Assembly: GCF_009914755.1 (NCBI RefSeq)
Contig: NC_060925.1
Length of the DNA stretch: 64,000 nt
Reading direction: 5' to 3' (one strand)
From: the human T2T-CHM13v2.0 reference genome, Homo sapiens
In this document: one piece after another, positions 12,432-25,185 of the stretch
Numbering within the stretch: position 1 is the stretch's first letter
Layout: each line of letters opens with the position of its first letter
Made by a program: the position numbers and the translations under genes
The notes under the pieces: model-generated
Seen by the model: only the letters and a program-made list of their open reading frames with translations
The model's database searches: none
Told to the model about the DNA's origin: nothing

Positions 12432-13420
12432 GGTATCTAGCTTCATCTTTTTGCATGTGGAGGTCCAGTTGTTCCAACACTATTTGTTGTAAAGACTGTC
12501 TTTTCTCCATTGTATTGCCTTTGCTTCTTTATCAAAGATCAGTCTACTATACTTATATGGGTCTATTTCTAGGTCCTCTATTCTGTTTCATTAGTCTATT
12601 TATTCCTTTACCAATGCCACACCATCTTGATGATGGTAGTTTTATAGTATGTCTTGAAGTTGGGTATGTCAGTCATCCAGCTTTGTTCTTTTCCCTCAAT
12701 GTTGTTTTGGCTATTTTTAGTGTTTTGCCTCTCCATATAAAATTTTGAACAAGAGTTTTGCTATCAGCAAAATAACTGGAATTTTTATTAGAATTGCATT
12801 TAATCTACAAATCAAGCTTGGAAAAACTGACATCTTGACAATATTGTCTTTCTATCCATGAACATGAAATATCTCTGCAGTTATTTAATTCTTTGAGTTC
12901 TTAATCTGTTTTGTTGCTTTCTTCATACATATCTTAACATATTTAGTTAGATTTATATGTACATATTTATTTTTAAGGTGCCAATATGAACAACATAGTG
13001 TTTAAAACGTCAAATTACATTTTGTTGCTGTTATATAGGAAAAGTGATTGATTTTTATATACTAACCTTGTATCCTATAACCTTACTATAATTCCTTATA
13101 AGTTCCAGGATTTTTTTTGTTGATTCTTTTAGATTTTCTACATAGATAATTATGTCATCTGCAAGCAGTAACAGTTTTAATTTTTCATCCTCAATCAGTA
13201 TACCTATTATTTTCTTTTTGTTTCTTATTGCATGACTAGGACTTCCAGTATGATGTTGAAAAGCTGTGGTGAGAAGAGACATTCTTGCTTTGTTCTTGAT
13301 TTTCATAGGAAAGCTTTGAGTTTCTCACTACTAACTATGGTGTTAACTGTAGGTTTTAGTTTTTGTAGATATTCTTTATCAAGTTGAGAAAGTTTCCCTC
13401 TATTCTTAGTTTGCTAACGT
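12432..13420 (-). mobile_element. Old L1M (L1MC-like) ORF2 fragment, continuing 2921-4430
   Basis: Track ORF 13055-13306 contains LLLLADDIIIYVENLKESTKKILELIRNYSKVIGYKVSI (RT FADD region). Confidence 0.85.
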
Positions 13421-15169
13421 ATTTTTTTCACTCTTTGAAAAAGACAACTACTTAGGCAATTGTAATAGATTGTATGGTGGCATCTAAAGTAGTTGTCTGG
13501 AAGAAGGTAATCCCTTCTGCTGGTCAGTGATGCTTCTACTCTGTAAGGAGGTCAATATTTTGAAGTCCAGTTTCTTCTGGAAATTTCTAAATACACTTTA
13601 TGAATATTGCTAAAGATAATGAAGTAGGACCGTTATTTGTATAATTTATTTTATGGGTTACTTTCATAATATGTTTTTTGATTAATTACCAAATGTATCA
13701 CATTTAGAATCAGTGTAAGAAAAATCAGTATGAAATACCTTCTCTTTAAGGCATTTCTCAAGCTAAGCTGTCCTTCATATTGTTCCTTTTGGGTTGGGGG
13801 AAAAAAGATCTGAAATCTGGAGGTTTTAGAATAAGCTTTTATAGGCTTCCACTTTCTGTATATCTGGGTACTCAAGAAAAGTAATTTGTGGTCACTTTAA
13901 AAGTTTCAAAATGTGGTTTAATACTGAAAGTCTCTAATTTCTGGCATCTGAGATCAGAATAGGAAAATATAACACCTAGAATTTTCCTTAGATGATTGCA
14001 ATCATGGTGCTTCAGGAGGAAGAAGAAAGTAAAAAAGAAAACAAACAAAATCTTTCCAAGTTTGGTGTCTTTTTTTTTTAAAGTTTCATTACTATCTAAT
14101 CTTTTGCCATTTTATAGTCTAGCCCAAGATATAAGTTGGAATCCTATATTATCTACTCAACTTTTTTTTTTTTTTTGGTGACAGTTTTATTACTAAAATA
14201 ACTTGAATGGGGCTGGGTTAACTTTATATAAACTTTATTTCTCCTAGAAACTATGCTTTTATTTTAAAGCACAGTTATAATAGATCATTAATGGAGCTTA
14301 TGGAAAGTAGAGTAGACTCAGTGTATATACCCTCTTTAGACATGAATGGTAGAGAATTTGGATTGTACCTTCCTGTGTTTTTTATTTTATATTAAGATAT
14401 CTTTATTGGAAAACAACACATAATTTGATGAACTACTTTCTTGTCCTCATAAATTAAAAAAAATCTCAGAGCAAAGATGAAATGAAACATTGGTTGTTTT
14501 CAGAAGAAAGGCCTTAATTGCTTTTTAAATGCCTATTATTCTGTGATCATTAAATTAAATTTCTGGTAGCCACAATTTTTTTTTATTAGTCTGCCTTCTG
14601 AACCTCAGAGCCTTTACAGTGTTTAATCTCATGGGTACGTCTACAAGGAGTTGGAAATGACCTCCTTAAACAGCTGCTTGATCTTGTTGTTCTGTTTTGT
14701 TTTTTTCTAAATGACTCCTCTGTTTTTCACCCTGGCTTCTACAAAAGTCCAGTCTTTTTTTTTTTAATGTACATTTTAAAGTCACCAAAGGATCTTATAT
14801 CACAAAGAATTAAAATAAGGATAAAGTGAGATTGAAATAAAACTGAATTTGAAAACAAGAAAAATATTAAAATGTTCCATTATTTAAAGATAGATGAAGC
14901 AATATTAACAGTTGAAGATAATCAGACCTACCTAGCTCTTATTTATTTTATTCTTTATTACAGAAAAGGGTATTAAAAGACTGAAAGGTATTAATAAAAT
15001 AAAGAATTAAAGAGTGAGATAAATGAATGAAAGCAAGAGGGCATCCAACTGCTTTAAATATATTCAAATCTTCAAATCAAGAGGAAGTAAAACATGGGTA
15101 CTGATAGAATTTGGAAATGTTTGTATATAACTGCTACTAATCATCTTCAAAAAAAATGGCAAAGCAGAG

Positions 15170-15532
15170 TGTCTTAGTTTGTTCTGTGCTGCTATAACAC
15201 AATACCTGAGACTGAGTAATTTATAATGAACAGAAATTTATCGGCTTATGGTTCTGGAGGTTAGAAAGTTCAAGATCAAGGTACTGGCATCTGGTGAGGG
15301 CCTTTTTGCTGTGTCATAACATGGCAAAACATAGTAGAAGGGGAAGAGAGAGAGAAAAAGGGGAATGAACAACCCTTTTAGTAACAAACCCACTTCTACA
15401 ATAATAGCACTAATTCATTCAGTCTGCCCTCATGACCTAATCACCTCTAATTAGGCCCCACTTCCCAATACTGTTGCATTGGGGATCAAATTTCCAAAAC
15501 ATGAACTTTGAGCACACATTCAAACCATAGCA
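15170..15532 (-). mobile_element. MaLR solo LTR (MST/MLT1A-like)
   Basis: Termini tgtcttagtttgttctgtgctgctataac...caaaccatagca with a perfect 5-bp TSD (cagag). Confidence 0.92.
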
Positions 15533-15939
15533 CAGAGCACTGTCAAAAACTTGAGGAAGGGAAACATCTCAACTTTTATGATAAAAAATATAAATTTCAA
15601 AAATTACAGATGAGAGGCTTTGATTTTTTTTCATACAAATGTCCAGGCTGGGTCTAACCATTCCCATGTTAAAGGCATGGTGGGTAAGTGGTGCCCTAAC
15701 CCCATTACAGCTTCCAGAATTTTGCACCTCAGACCATGATTAGAACCTCTTGATTTCCATTTGCCTATGAGGGGAGATAGAACTACAACATTTTAGAATG
15801 AATTATTTTTTAACGAAAGCTTTGGGAATTTAGAAAAGCATGTCATTTTTATTGGTAGTCAGAGGTTCACTAGTAACAAGTCATATCAAACCAACTTTCT
15901 TTCTGAGTTTACTAGAGTTAGAAATATTGTATTTCAAAT

Positions 15940-16545
<606 letters not shown>

Positions 16546-16567
16546 GTAACATATTTCACCAACATAA

Positions 16568-16725
16568 CAGAATTGTAGAGCTGGTAGCGATCTTAAAGTT
16601 ATTTCAAATTCCTCATTTCTCATTTTTAAGTGAAAAAACAAGACCAGAGAGATTAATTACATTGCCTAATATGACAGCAAGTTTGTGGCAGGTAGAGTTG
16701 GAATAAAGAGATCTCCTAGTCTGAG
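16568..16725 (-). mobile_element. MIR/MIR3 fragment
   Basis: agaattgtagagctgg...cattttaagtgaaaaaacaagaccagagag, the reverse of the MIR core. Confidence 0.6.
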
Positions 16726-18925
16726 ATTTTTTTCTAGCTCATCAAGTTTTTCTCATGATGTCTTTGTTGACAAGAGGAAGTATGGGCTGAATGAAGCACA
16801 GTTAGGTAGGTTTATAGTTGATGCAACAGCCACACTCCAAAAAATGTTTAAGATGTTTGTGTCAATTTAAAAAGAGATCTACAAAGGTGTACTTCAGTTT
16901 TCTGCCCCTGGCTCTGTCACTGTCATGTTTAATATGTTAATTATTGAATTGGAAAGAGGACACAAAATCTCTTACTAAATTTTCAGATAATACAAAGCTG
17001 GGAAGAATAGCGAACACATTGGAAGATAGAATGAATGTTCAAAAGGCTTTGGACTGACTGGAATAATGAGCTGAAACTAAGCTGAAATTTAATAGGGGGA
17101 GGATAAAAGTACTACAATTAAGTAAAGAAAAATCGACTGCCTTAATTCAAGATGGGGGGTAGTTTGTAGAAGTTTTAGTTGAATGCAAGTGTGATGCACG
17201 CCAGCAGGCCAGCAGTGTCATTTGGATGCCGAAAGGAATTGTTGCAATTTCAACCTATCTTAGAGGCATGACTGAGCCCTGATAAAGGGTAGTAATGGTC
17301 CCTTGGACAGACGTCTACAAGTGGAGCATGAGCTGGCCTCTAGACACCACATTTTCACAGGGATATTGACAATTACAGTTCTTTAGAGGAGAGTGATGGG
17401 ATCATGAATGGTCTGTTGTGAAGAAAACCAGAAACAATTATCCTGAAAAGGAAGTGATTTATGGATGATTTGCTAATAATACCTGTCTTTAAAACCATTT
17501 TTTTCTTTGTTCAGTTTTTTAATTCATTCAATAAAGTTTTGTTCAGAACTTCCTAGTAAGTGCTAAGAATACAAGGGTAAGTAGGATAAGATATCTGCTC
17601 TTAAGAACCTCATAGTCTGATACTGTGTTTCCAAAAGCAGGATCTCTGGGCACCCTGGGTGCCCGCTAAACAGTGTAGAGTCCTAGACTCACCTAAGACC
17701 TATAGAATCAGCCCATGAGTGAAGCTTAGGCTATTGCATTTTTAGGAGCACACATATTAGCAGTAAAATTTGGTAGGTGTTGTGGTAGAAGTTTGTCTGA
17801 TGTGCTTAGGCAGCATATGGGAAGGAGTAGCTAAATCTGTTTGATAGAGTCTGCCATGTATTAAAGGGAACAGAGATACTCCTGGATGTCCTAGAGGGAA
17901 GAATTATAGCAGTGAGTGAAAATTAGAGGGGCCAGTTTTCAGCACAGAATAATGAAGATTTTTTTTTTTAATAAAGAGGGGTTTCAAAGGTGGAACAGCC
18001 TTCCTAGTGAACAATGTACCTCCTCTTCCTGGAGATGATCAAGAAGGGGCCCAACAAACAAGTATACAGTGGTTTGGGGAAGAATGCTCCTGTCCCTCAT
18101 CCTATGACCCACCTCCCCATAAAGGGGGTGCTTCTGCCAACACTCCCTTCCCCTTTCTCTTGACTTCTCACTTTCTCCTCCTTATGGGAGAGACTAGTCT
18201 GATTTCTTAGAGTCTGGGGCATTTTTGAGGCAATGTTTTCCTAGGGGAAGTTGGTCATATAAAGCACTTCCTTTATCAGGCTGGTGATTCCTGTGTTAGA
18301 CATGCAGGCTTTTCATCTGGATAGTGTGGGTCTCAGAGACTGCTCTGCAGGAGCCCCTGGCATATCTGAGTGTGTAGGTTTCAAGGTGTATACAGAAGGT
18401 GGAAAGTAAGGACCTCAGTTTGCCTCAGGCTGTATTCTGCACGTTAGTTACCAGGACTTCTGCTTTAAGAAACACTGAAAGATTTCCAGTACATTAAGAA
18501 GCAGATATTTGAATCTCCATTTGGTTTGAAGTTCCATTATTGGATAGAGTTCTGAGGTAGGGGACAGGTGAGTTACACACCCACAAATCCAAAACATTTT
18601 TGTTTTATTTATTTTTTTTCATTTAGTGATGTCAGGAAACTAGCAGTTGGGCTTTCTCAGCACTCAGATGTCTTGTAGGCGGAAGGTTGAACCATTAGCC
18701 CTTCAGAGTTTTACTGTTGCCTGGATGCTCTAAGACCCTATTTGTTTATAGATTCTGGCTGATATTACTTGAACAATTGGTCCTTAAGTCTGCTGATCAA
18801 TAATACCCATCTGTCAAATGGTTAGACCTTAACCTTACTTTCTCTTTTATGGCTTTAGGAATCCTCAAAAAGGTAGATATATCTCACATATAATTCAGGT
18901 TGTTGCCTTTATTTATTTAACAAAT

Positions 18926-19353
18926 TGTGGTATATGCTGTGTGGTATGCTGTCCAGATCCTCCCTTGAGGACTGAAACACTCATTGCCCCAGTTTTAGAG
19001 AGTTGGACAGTGTTGATTTCTAGTGGAGTCTCTCACCAGGAATTATCCTTTGCTGAATGTCACCTCATCCAAGGTGACACTTCCTTCTTGGAGGTAGCCC
19101 ATGTGGTTAATAGAGGGGCATCCTTTTACCCAACTTGGGACAACTCTGTAGGGGCATCGCAGCTCTAGAGCTCCCCATGGAATGGCTGAGGATTTTGATG
19201 TGACTTATCACAGACCAGTTTCTCTCTCTGCTCAATGTTGCTTCCATCTGTTCCCATAGGGATGATCCCAAGAGCCCCTGCCCACAGTAAACTTCCTGGG
19301 TAGAAATTGTTGTTTTAGAAGTCTTATTCCTCCTAGGGAACCCAATCTGCAAC
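18926..19353 (+). mobile_element. ERVL solo LTR (LTR16-like)
   Basis: tgtggtatatgctgt...cccaagagcccc...gggaacccaatctgcaaca matches the recalled LTR16 ends. Confidence 0.7.
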
Positions 19354-20489
19354 ACAAATGTTTGAATTTTAAAACTTAAAGAAAATCAAGCAAAAGTGCT
19401 TAGTGTATGGAATATAGCAGTGTGAAAAGAACCTACTGTTCTGTAGTCTGTCTGTTTCAGCTACTGTCTTTCCCTGTTCTATGTTACGACTTGGTTAGAC
19501 TTCACAGAACTGCCTTTCTGCTGATATTCACAGGGTGCTGCTGCACTCCTCTTAACCCCTATATTGTTGGGCATGTCTCCTTATTGCCTGTGGCTATGCT
19601 GCTGGTCACCTTGATGTTAGTGGCCTACTTTGCCATGTTGGCTATGTTAGACTCTGGATACCTTGGCAGAGTTGATGACCTATTCTTGGCCCCTATTCCT
19701 TTGATGTGACTGTTCTTTCTGCTGCCGTTTGATTGAAGCCTGTCTCCGTGTCTGCCTATCTTTGTTCTCTGAGTTGTTTGCTAGTGAGGGAACCTGTTCC
19801 CTTTCTTGTGCCAAGCACCATTAGATGTAGCTGTGTCCCTTGACACAGCTCTTTGGCTCCCTAGTGTAAAGTCTTTTATTTTCATTGTCCAGCCCTCTTT
19901 AGAGGTCACTTTCTCATGGAAATGCAGGTGCCTTTGAGTGATTCATTTCTTTCATATATTTGTTTTCATGCAGCTCTTTTCTTGCCTTGGATATGTAGTC
20001 ATCCCTGGGGCCTGGTTGGGGTAGATGGAGAGTGTTTTAAAGATAGCCTCATATTATACCCAGAATAACTTCTCCCTTTCCTATAATCAGGTCCTGATAC
20101 TAAGTTTATCCCTTCCAAGACTCCTATCCACTTATGGCAACTTTTTCTTTGGTGGCCTGGTTGTCACTCCTTGGAACATGGCTTCCCTTGAGATCTCCCC
20201 AATCTATCAGAAATGTCTGTATTTGTCTAGACGTTAATTATGGACACAACCCAAGTCATTCCCTGGGGGTCTTGGGCCCCATACCAGTAAAGGGATGCAG
20301 CTAGATTCTTATCTAAGTGTTCACAAACATTCCACTACAGTTGCCCTTAATAGCCTTGTGCACACAAATGACCTCTGGACAGGAGGGCGCCTAATTCCGC
20401 AGGCTAGCATATCTGAATCTCAGCCAGAATGCACTAATATGTATGACTTTGGAACTGTATGAAGTGATAATGTGTAATAAGAAGAAAAG

Positions 20490-20640
20490 TGAATCTGGAG
20501 TCAGATCTGGAGTCAGTCCTGTTAATGTCGCAAATCTATTGGTTTAGATTTTAGGACCTCAGTTTCCTCAACTGTAAATGAGGAAGTTAGAGTAGATTAT
20601 CTCTAATAGCTCTTTCAGTTCTAACACTTTATGATTCTTT
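20490..20640 (+). mobile_element. MIR
   Basis: Core cctcagtttcctcaactgtaaatgagg. Confidence 0.7.
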
Positions 20641-21744
20641 CCAGCCACTTGTGTCATCTTTCCACACTCTTTATTACCATGACTTTAATTGGGTCTGGCA
20701 TGAACTCCTCTGAGGGACGACATTTCCAAAACAGTTTGCTGCTGGAATGCAGATGATACTTTTCCAGGGTTGAGACATATGCATTTCTTTGTGTGACCTC
20801 TGGATCCCAGCACAGAATTTTCCATCCTAGCCTTCCTGGGATTAATCAGATGCTTTAGGAGAGGCTCATCCAGGATTGCGCCTTTGAAACAGATTCTTGG
20901 GTAGAAATCAACAGGCTCACCTTTGTGCCTGGATAATATTGAACGCTGGAAAGAAGAAAGTTGGTCTAAGATATTCTTTAATAGATTTACTGCCTAATAC
21001 TAAGTCCTTGAATTCTGCATGTAACAAAAAACAAAGAGTAATCAGTAGATTGTACACCCACATAACAAGACATTCAGTGGTTAGAATTCCCATAGACTGG
21101 TTCTAAGGGATCAACTGGTGTCATCACATACATGAATGTTTTTATACAGGATGTAAAGCCTAAAGACACAATCGTAAGGCTGGAAAAAATTGTGTGAAGA
21201 CATGTTTTATTTTCTAAGAGTAAGGTAAATGAAATTTAAGCCATCTCAGATAGAAGATGACCAATGTTACCTATTGAAAATCAATAGAGAATTTATAATC
21301 CTCAGGAGGAAGCCTTTTCTCTTCTTGTTTATAATAATTCACTGTCTATGAAGCCTTCCTGTTACCACTATCTCTGAGGGGAGGTATTAGACAGAGAACT
21401 GGTACGGAGTCCCCTGAAAAGTCAGCCTTCTTCTTCAGTCTCCATCATCCATGTATCTGACAAGTTTCTTTAAAATGCCACTCCAGTCAGTTCCCTGTCT
21501 TCCTCACACCTCTTATGCCTTGGTTTAGGCCCTTATCATTTCTAATCTGGATTATTGTGATTGTATCTTAATTTAATAAACTCCAGTTCAACAGTGCAAG
21601 TAGAAAAATGAGTCCAATTTAAGATCTGATATTCCCAAATCCTCCCAACACATTACAAAAATTCTTATTCTTTTGCAAGCACAGGAGATAAGACTGACTA
21701 GTAATTGCCTAGCAGCCATAGTAGGGGAGTTAGAGAGGGAGAGA

Positions 21745-22000
21745 ACTGGTTGTGGTGGCTCATGCCTTTGTAATGCCAAAACTTTGGGATACTGAAGCAG
21801 GAGGATTGCTTGAGGTCAGGAATTTGAGACTAGCCTGGGCAACATAGCAAGACACTGTTTCTAAATCATAGTTTAAAAACTTAACTGGGCATGATGTTGC
21901 ACACCTGCTGTCCTATCTACTCAGGAGGCTGAGGTGGGATGATTGCTTGAGCCTAAGAATTTGAGACTCTAGTGACCTATGATCATGCCACAGCACCCAA
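21745..22000 (+). mobile_element. AluJ, 3'-truncated
   Basis: Dimeric Alu with the J-type ggaggattgcttgag. It ends at gccacagcaccc. Confidence 0.9.
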
Positions 22001-22329
22001 AAAGAGAGAGAGAAAACTCATACAATGTTAGGCCCTGACAGTGCCAAGACTTGAAGAAAGATACCTTGGTACTATTCATCAAGCATAGTATTTCTTCATG
22101 AATAGTATACTGTCTATATTCCTGGGAAGTTCTACAGACTTGAAAGGAAGGTGTGAGGTTAACTGGGGTCTGATATGAGACTATGATTATCCTGCTTGCT
22201 TCTGTACTAGCCAGGTGCTGCTGCTGCTTTTTCTTATTTCTCAGCATTTTGCCTTGGCCTTGGGGATTGAGCTCAAGTAGTCCTGCCATATCCCTCTACA
22301 CTAGATGCATCAACTTAGTTTTTCTACTC

Positions 22330-22900
22330 CTTAGTCTCATACTCCTTTAGCCTATCCTTCACATTGCTGCTGAAGTGATTTTTTCTAAAGTGCAAATCTT
22401 ATACATTCTTTCACTCAGCGTTCCACGACAGCTCCCCACTGTCCTCAGGGTGCAATCCAACCTTCTCGTTGGAATAGACAAAGCCTTGTGACCCAGCTCT
22501 TGCTTGTCTCTTCTGCTTTTTCTTAGTTATATCGTCTTGTCTTTGTCTGTGCTGTCATCTTGGCTTTGTCTACTTATACACCTCATGTGGCTTGGCTCAT
22601 TCCAGCTTATCCCAAGAGTCCCTTCCTCTGGAAAGCTGTTTCTAGTCTCCTTTCCCTCTCCCAATTATCCTGATATTCATGGGGTTTCATTCCCTTCTCC
22701 TGTGAGTTCTCATAGAATCCTAAACTTGTTTTTGTCACATAATTCATCACACTGTATTATTTGCTTCAGGTCTGTCCCTCCCACCTGGCTGGAATCTTCT
22801 CGAGGCCTAGATCTCTGTTTCCTTTTTATATCTCTTGCTCTAGCACTAAAACCGGCCCACAGTATATGATTAATATGTGTGGGGTGGATACATGGCATGG
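22330..22900 (+). mobile_element. L2 3' region
   Basis: Diverged L2 3' motifs: gtgattttttctaaagtgcaaatct, ccttcctctggaaagc and catcacactgtattatttg. Confidence 0.65.
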
Positions 22901-24007
22901 AAGGACTCCCTAACAAGGGTGATCTAAAAATGATTTTTTACTGAGTACAAAGCCTAACTGCTAATGTCCCTCCTGCCCCAGTTTGTAGATATATGAGTTA
23001 TGATATATTGAGACCTTGAAAGAAAAAAATTCTCAGAAAGTGGCTATTTCTACATAACAACACGTTGTTATTGTTTGGGTGTTAAATTTGGTGATTTTGT
23101 TCTTTTTCATGTTTCACTGTAGAGTATGAATCCTATTTTTAGGTGGTTCTTCTAATTCAGTCATTTCACTGACAGAGATAATCTAGTTCCATTATCTCTG
23201 TTAAAACAACTGGATCACATTTATTACTCCAGTGAGTTCCCATAGAATTCTGAACTTATTTCTGTCACAGCATTCATCACACTGTATTGCAATTATTTGT
23301 TTCAAGCCTGTCCTTCCCACTGGGGATTAGGTGTGGATTGAAAAAATTTAGGCAGAGCTAGTCCCAAGAGGAAACCAGATCTAAGGTCCAATGTCAAAAC
23401 AGGGTCAGGCATCAGAAGCCCATTGAGTAGTCTAACAATGTAATGTACATGCATGTCATATGTCAGAGCAAAGCAGTGGGCTAAACCCGGGAAAGTGGTC
23501 AGAAATCAAGAGAGCAGATCCCACAGGTTAGGTGAGGCAAGACTGATGGCCTAAGGACTTGGCAGGCAAAGAGAGAGAAGCAGCTAGGAAGGGGTCAGGC
23601 AAGGGAAGACAGGCCACAGCAGAATGGAGGACACATTCATGGAACCTCTTCCATTGGAACCTTGATCCTGAGGCAGAGCCTGGCCCATCAGAAGGTTCCT
23701 GATGTCCTTTGTAATAGCACATATTATTGTCACCACTAATTCTGTCTAGACCTACAGCATGGTATTTGTAGTTGGCTAGAGTCAATCTGAAGGTAGAAAA
23801 TAACAACAAATATTAGCTGTTAGAGTGCTTTGATGTATCTTGTGGTACTTTTACTTGTTGTATAGCCTCTTATAAACCTATATAATATCTCCTATTAAAT
23901 AATAAATTCCTTGAGAGCAAATACCATGATTTTCTATCTTTAGACTTCCTATTACACTTAATGTAGTGCTTTGGATATATCACATATTCAGTAGTATATA
24001 ATGAATA

Positions 24008-24366
24008 TGTTAGTTAGTTCTCATGCTGCTAATAAAGACATACTTGAGACTGGGTAATTTATAAAGAAAAAGAGGTTTAATAGACTCACAGCTCCACATA
24101 GCTGGGGAGGCCTCACTATCATGGCAGGAGGTGAAAGAGGACCAAAGGCACGTCTTACACGGTGGCAGGCAAGAGAGTGTGCAAGGGAACTGCCCTTTAT
24201 AAAACCATCAGATCTTGTGAGACTTATTCACTATGATGAGAACAGCATGAAAAAAACCCACCTCCATGATTCAGTTACCTCCCCCTGGGTCCCTCCCACA
24301 ATATGTGGGGATTATGGGGGCTACAATTCAAGATGAGATTTGGGTGGACACAGCCAAACCATATAA
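24008..24366 (-). mobile_element. THE1 (THE1C/D-like) solo LTR
   Basis: ctcatgctgctaataaagacatac...aattcaagatgagatttgggtggacacagccaaaccata. Confidence 0.93.
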
Positions 24367-24604
24367 ATAAATTAGATTAAAAGTTAGAGGTTATGTTATT
24401 AAAGTTTCTTGGAGATAACTGAGTGGCTTTAGTGAGTCCCCAAAAGTCCACTTAAGCCACGTGTGGGCTCAGTCATTGTTAATGCCAATCACAGTTTTTT
24501 GTTCTGGATAATTAAATGTTTGAGGTCTGAGTGACACTGGAAAATAATTTATGCTCTGAGGAGATGCATTGGGATCATTGGTGAATCAAAGAAAAAGTAA
24601 GTTT

Positions 24605-24670
24605 TCTTGGGACAAGATCCCTGTTAGAATGTCTTGGGACAAGATCCCTGTTAGAATCCCTGTTAGAATG
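24605..24670. repeat. 27-bp tandem duplication plus a partial third copy
   Basis: tcttgggacaagatccctgttagaat(g) occurs twice, followed by ccctgttagaatg. Confidence 0.95.
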
Positions 24671-24883
24671 AGAATATCAGATTGTGTGTTCATTAATTAA
24701 CCAACAACTGACATTAGTGGAATAAGCTTAAATATGATTCAATGTATCATAACTAAAGAAGAATCAAGTATTGAAAGCCCTGTAAAAATTTAGGAACTCC
24801 ATGTCATATTGGTTACTGCTTTCTTGATGAAGTATTCCTCTGCCTTCAGAGCTATACATCTGTGCAGCAGGAAGATATTCTAG

Positions 24884-25185
24884 GGCTAGATAGGATGGCC
24901 CACACTTGTAATCCCAGCACTTTGGGAGACTGAGGTGGGAGGATTGCTTAAGCCCAGGAGTTTAAGACCAGCTTTGGCAACATAGTAAGACCCTTGTCTC
25001 TAAAAAATATATAAATAAATAAATTAGCTGAACATGATGGTGTGTGCCTATAGTCCCAGCTACTTGAGAGGCTGAGGGAGGAGGATTGCTGGAGCTCAGG
25101 AGTTCAAGGCTGTAATGAGCTATGATCATACCACTGTACTCCAGCCTGGGTGACCGAGTGAGATCTTGTCTCTTAAAAAAAAAAA
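24884..25185 (+). mobile_element. AluJ
   Basis: Full dimer with an A-tail. The flanks aagatattctag/aagataatcag resemble a TSD. Confidence 0.92.

Noticed and set aside
1-13420. Many ORFs with endonuclease, RT or ORF1 similarity, read as active genes
   Set aside because: All are short, frameshifted fragments of decayed L1s. Neither ORF1 nor ORF2 is intact.
13465-13600. Possible coding exon (plus-strand MVASKVVVWKK|gtaatc, or minus-strand ...KKLDFKILTSLQ...)
   Set aside because: Splice signals are weak and neither peptide is recognisable.
19407-19709. 100-aa hydrophobic ORF resembling a membrane protein
   Set aside because: T-rich composition explains the hydrophobicity. I see no recognisable family or splice/promoter support.
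24605-24670. CRISPR-like repeat array (also considered for 5109-5226)
   Set aside because: These are adjacent tandem duplications without spacers, in primate DNA with no cas genes.
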